Assembly: GCA_963707025.1 (NCBI GenBank)
Contig: CAVPOM010000015.1
Span: forward strand, 160,001 to 224,000
DNA from: an uncultured Verrucomicrobiae bacterium
GTDB taxonomy: Bacteria > Verrucomicrobiota > Verrucomicrobiia > Limisphaerales > Palsa-1400
Reading direction: 5' to 3'
Length of the DNA: 64,000 nt
Positions 60,373 through 64,000 of this stretch are shown here, piece after piece. The notes under the pieces are model-generated. The model was not told where the DNA came from. It saw only the letters and a program-made list of their open reading frames with translations, and ran no database searches. How positions within the stretch are numbered: position 1 is the stretch's first letter; the number at the start of each line of letters is the position of its first letter. The position numbers and the translations under genes are program-made.

Positions 60373-61339
60373 ATGCGAATTCTATCCGGCATCCAACCCT
60401 CGGGCGCGCTCCACCTGGGCAATTATTTCGGGATGATGAAGCCGGCCATCGAACTGCAGGAGCAGGGCGAGGCCTTTTATTTCATCGCCAACTACCATTC
60501 CATGACCTCGCTCCTGGACCCGGCCCAACGCCGGCAAAACACCCTCGACGTGGCCCTGGATTTCCTGGCCTGCGGGCTGGACCCGGCCAAGGCGATCTTG
60601 TTCCGCCAATCCGATGTCCCGGCCGTCACCGAACTGGCCTGGATACTGACCACCGTGACCCCCATGGGCTGGCTGGAACGATGCACCAGCTACAAGGACA
60701 AATTGGCCCGCGGCCTTTCCCCCTATCACGGCCTGTTCGCCTATCCGGTGCTCATGGCCGCCGATATTTTGATTTACGATTCCAACCTCGTTCCCGTGGG
60801 CCGCGACCAGAAGCAGCACGTCGAAATCACCCGCGACATCGCCATCAAATTCAACGAAGCCTACGGCCGGACCTTCGTCGTGCCCGAACCCCGCATCCGC
60901 GGCGAGACGGCCGTGGTGCCCGGCTGCGACGGCCAGAAAATGAGCAAAAGCTATGGCAACACCATTGAGATCTTTGGCGACGAAAAGCCGCAGCGCAAAA
61001 AAATCATGAGCCTGGTCATGGACAGCCGTTCCCCGCAGGAACCCAAACCGGACGCGGAAAAAAACCTGGCCATTCAATTGCTCAAACTGGTGGCGCTGCC
61101 TGGCGGTGTCGGCTGATTTTGAAGACCGGCTGCGCGCCGGCGGCCTGGGTTATGGCGACTTAAAAAAGGCGCTCTTCGAGCACTACTGGAATTATTTTGC
61201 GGCCGCGCGCACCCGGCGGGCCGAGTTGGCCGCCAACGTGGATTTTGTCGAAAAAGTGCTGCGCGACAGCGCCCTCAAAGCCGGAGGTGTGGCGGCAAAA
61301 GTCCTGCAGCGCGCCCGCCTGGCATGCGGTCTGGATTAA
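60373..61339 (+). CDS. trpS: Tryptophan--tRNA ligase (one extra base near 61100, likely assembly error)
   Basis: SGIQPSGALHLGNY, YPVLMAADIL, VPVGRDQKQH, KMSKS; continues in the +1 frame as DFEDRLRAGGLGYGDLKK. Confidence 0.95.
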
Positions 61340-61395
61340 TAACTTTTTTTAGGCGCGCCCCCCGCGGGGAAGTCCGGAGTCTTGGGCTTCCGTTT

Positions 61396-63774
61396 TCATG
61401 AAGGCACGCCGCGCCGGTCCGCAACATCCGCCATCATTGTTTGGGCCGCTGCGCCTCCGTCAAAAAGGGACGGCACCCTGGGGATGCAGAGAGGAGGGTC
61501 GGCCTGCGGGAAATGGGCCGGGATACTCACGGCCTGGGGCGCGCTTTTGATCCATCCCATGGCTTCGCGCAGGAGAATCCGGGCTGTGACCCAGTTAAAC
61601 CAGTATCCCTCCGCCAGGCCGCCGGCGGTCAGCCCGGCGTGGAATTTGGCTTCGACCAAGGCCCGGCCTTGTTTGAGTTCGGCCAGCGCCTCCCCGGCGT
61701 TGCCGAGACGTTGCTGACACAGGGCCAGGATCATGTGGACGGTGGCGATCCTGGCCAGATCGGTGTCGGCCCGCGGCAAAGACCGGCACTGCTGGGCCGC
61801 CTCGGCCCAATGGCCCTGGCGATATTCCAGCAACGCCAGGGAAACCAATTTCCAAGGCGCCGCAAGGCTGGAATTGGTGTCAGCATCGCTGCCGGCAAGG
61901 GATTTCACCACGATCTGAGCGGGCCCCTGCAGGGATTGCAAGGTTTCCGGATTGGCCGGCAGGAGCAGGCTGCTGCGGATGAGCCGTTCCGCCGCCAGCG
62001 GATCCCGGGTGCTGGCAAAACGGAGGATCGCCTGCTGGCGAATTACCCCGTAGGCCATGGAGCCGTGCGGACCGGCGGATTCGATCAGGGAGACGCCCGC
62101 CTCCAGCAAATCCCAGATCGCCGCCCGCGAGTTATAGTTCCGGCTGTACTGGTTGACTTGCAGAAGTCCTCCAAAAAAACTGGCCGCGTCCTTCCACTGT
62201 TCATGGATGGCATACCAGGCGCCGAGGTCGCGGTAAACCTGGGCGGTTTGCAGGGAAGGAGACAGGGCGGCGCCCGGTGGAATCCTTTGCACCAAGGCCG
62301 CCGCCTCGGGGAACTTGCCCGCATCCAACTCCAAGGCTGCCTTCTCGATATTTTGCATGGCTTCATCCTTGGCGCGCAAGTCTTGTTCGGCCTTCTTTTC
62401 CCGTTCGGCTTCCTGGCGGGCGGCCCGTTCCTGGAAATAGAACACGGTGGAGAGGCTCAGCCCCAGGCACAAGGTCGCCAGGACCGCCGCGCCGGCGGCG
62501 AACATCCCCTGGTTGCGCCGGACCAATTTTTGCAACAGGTACATCCGCCCGGGCGGACAGGCCAGCACCGCCTCGCCATTGAGGTAGCGCTGGATGTCCA
62601 AGGCCACCTCGTGGGCCGTCTCATAGCGCCGCGCGCGGTCCTTCTCCAGCGCTTTCATGACAATCCAGTCCAGATCGCCCCGCGCCAGTCCGATGAGCCG
62701 GTCCGGCTCGATCCCGCGCCGCTGGGCGACCGCCGCCAGGTCAACCGCCGGCAGGGCGCCGAGCATGGTGGAGGGCCGGGGCGGCTCCTTTTCCCGCAGC
62801 GTGCGCTGCAGTTCCTCCATGCCGGACTTGACCAGTTCCTTGCCATCGAAAGGCGTATGGCCGGTCAGCAGTTCGTAGAGCAGAACACCCAGACTGTAAA
62901 TGTCGCTGCGCGTGTCAATGTCCATGCCATCCATCTGCGCCTGTTCGGGGCTCATATAGGCGGGAGTGCCGATGAATTGTTCGCAGGCGGTGAACACGGT
63001 GTTGTCGGCCAAGCGCTCGCCGGTGATGGCCTTGGCCACCCCAAAATCAATGACCTTGGGCATCGGCGTCCCATCCTGCGATGTGACCAATATGTTTGAC
63101 GGCTTAATGTCCCGGTGGATGATGCCTTTCTGGTGGGCGTGCTGCACGGCGTGGCAAATCAGGATGAACAATTCCAGGCGGCGGCGGATGTCCAGATTTT
63201 GCTGATCGCAGTAATCGGTGATCCTCTCTCCCCGCACCAGTTCCATGACGAAAAAAGGCCGGCCCGTCTCGGTGGCGCCCGCGTCGAGCGCGCGCGCGAT
63301 GTTGGGGTGGTCCATCAAAGCCAGCGCCTGGCGCTCCGCGCCAAAGCGGGCAATGAGATTTTTGGTGTCCATGCCCAGCTTGATGATCTTGAGGGCCACC
63401 CTCCGCCGCACCGGCTCCTCCTGTTCGGCCAGATAGACGATGCCGCACCCGCCTTCCCCGATCTTTTGCAAAAGTCTATAATGCCCGATGCGCGCCCCAA
63501 GGCGTTCGTCCTCGGGCAGCTTGACCCGGCTGTCCCCGGCCAGGGCCCCGCCGTTGCCCCACTGGAGGGCCTCGGCGGAAATCTTGAGGGCCGATGCGCC
63601 CTCCGCGAAGAACCGCTCCGCCTCGGCCTGGGCGGACAGCATCTTCTCCACGCCGGCGCGCAACTCGGCATCGCCCACGCAGGCCTGATCCAGGAAGATC
63701 TTGCGCTCGCCGGCATCCTGCACCCGCAGCGCCGCCTCATAAACCAAATCTTCCCATTGTGACGCGGCCTTCAT
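61396..63774 (-). CDS. Hanks-type Ser/Thr protein kinase with a TM segment and a helical C-terminal domain
   Basis: IGEGGCGIVY, VALK, HRDIKPSN, DFG, GTPAYMSPEQ; TM AAVLATLCLGLSLSTVFYF. Confidence 0.93.
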   Translation of the reverse strand: MKAASQWEDLVYEAALRVQDAGERKIFLDQACVGDAELRAGVEKMLSAQAEAERFFAEGASALKISAEALQWGNGGALAGDSRVKLPEDERLGARIGHYRLLQKIGEGGCGIVYLAEQEEPVRRRVALKIIKLGMDTKNLIARFGAERQALALMDHPNIARALDAGATETGRPFFVMELVRGERITDYCDQQNLDIRRRLELFILICHAVQHAHQKGIIHRDIKPSNILVTSQDGTPMPKVIDFGVAKAITGERLADNTVFTACEQFIGTPAYMSPEQAQMDGMDIDTRSDIYSLGVLLYELLTGHTPFDGKELVKSGMEELQRTLREKEPPRPSTMLGALPAVDLAAVAQRRGIEPDRLIGLARGDLDWIVMKALEKDRARRYETAHEVALDIQRYLNGEAVLACPPGRMYLLQKLVRRNQGMFAAGAAVLATLCLGLSLSTVFYFQERAARQEAEREKKAEQDLRAKDEAMQNIEKAALELDAGKFPEAAALVQRIPPGAALSPSLQTAQVYRDLGAWYAIHEQWKDAASFFGGLLQVNQYSRNYNSRAAIWDLLEAGVSLIESAGPHGSMAYGVIRQQAILRFASTRDPLAAERLIRSSLLLPANPETLQSLQGPAQIVVKSLAGSDADTNSSLAAPWKLVSLALLEYRQGHWAEAAQQCRSLPRADTDLARIATVHMILALCQQRLGNAGEALAELKQGRALVEAKFHAGLTAGGLAEGYWFNWVTARILLREAMGWIKSAPQAVSIPAHFPQADPPLCIPRVPSLFDGGAAAQTMMADVADRRGVPS

Positions 63775-63837
63775 GGTTCAAAGATGCATGTCATTTCACG
63801 CGCTGGCAAGGCGGACGGTTCACCGTCTCACCCTGCC

Positions 63838-64000
63838 TCATTTTTGTTCTTGAATCCAGCGGAACAGCCTGGCCTTGGCGCAAGCCCACTGGCGGTCCAC
63901 CGTTCGCTCACTGATTCCCATGCTCTCGGCCACCTCCTGGTTGGTCAACCCGCCGAAAAATTTCATCACCACAATGCGCGCCTTTTCCGGGTCCTCCCTT
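63838..64000 (-). CDS. ECF sigma factor, kinase-associated (TIGR02999/ECF43-like) type; 3' end only
   Basis: Hand translation: EDPEKARIVVMKFFGGLTNQEVAESMGISERTVDRQWACAKARLFRWIQEQK* (region 4), directly upstream of the kinase. Confidence 0.85.
   Translation of the reverse strand, partial: REDPEKARIVVMKFFGGLTNQEVAESMGISERTVDRQWACAKARLFRWIQEQK

Overview
A GC-rich bacterial chromosome segment, most likely Verrucomicrobiota subdivision 3 (Pedosphaera/Limisphaera-like); this is inferred from gene style and secreted-protein architecture, not from a search. Housekeeping genes: gnd-fbaB-zwf-HAD, rpoD, mfd, rplM-rpsI-argC-yggS, argA-gltX, acnA, metF, lhgO, trpS. Envelope and secreted functions: GH38 alpha-mannosidase, lipoprotein phospholipase D, TAT sulfatase, Calx-beta/Ig-like protein, GH44 endoglucanase, papain-like C1A protease, and an MdtABC RND pump split by an inverted gene. 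Signalling: CheB-CheR-PAS / histidine kinase / NarL regulator followed by a sugar transferase, and an ECF sigma factor with a Ser/Thr kinase. A complete IS630 element interrupts a small gene that can be reconstructed in frame. Five genes carry single-base frameshifts, including essential rpoD and trpS, which points to assembly indel errors. Best candidates for undescribed biology: (i) a ~60-70 aa C-terminal domain shared by three unrelated exported proteins (possible sorting signal); (ii) a four-gene DUF1573-DUF1573-rhodanese-MauE/DoxX cluster in which every product has a Cys-pair motif (possible periplasmic thiol/sulfur relay); (iii) a strong Thr-Asn dipeptide bias in exported proteins (possible modification sequon); (iv) an inverted hexamer microsatellite hairpin directly before trpS. 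No rRNA, tRNA or CRISPR array was recognised.
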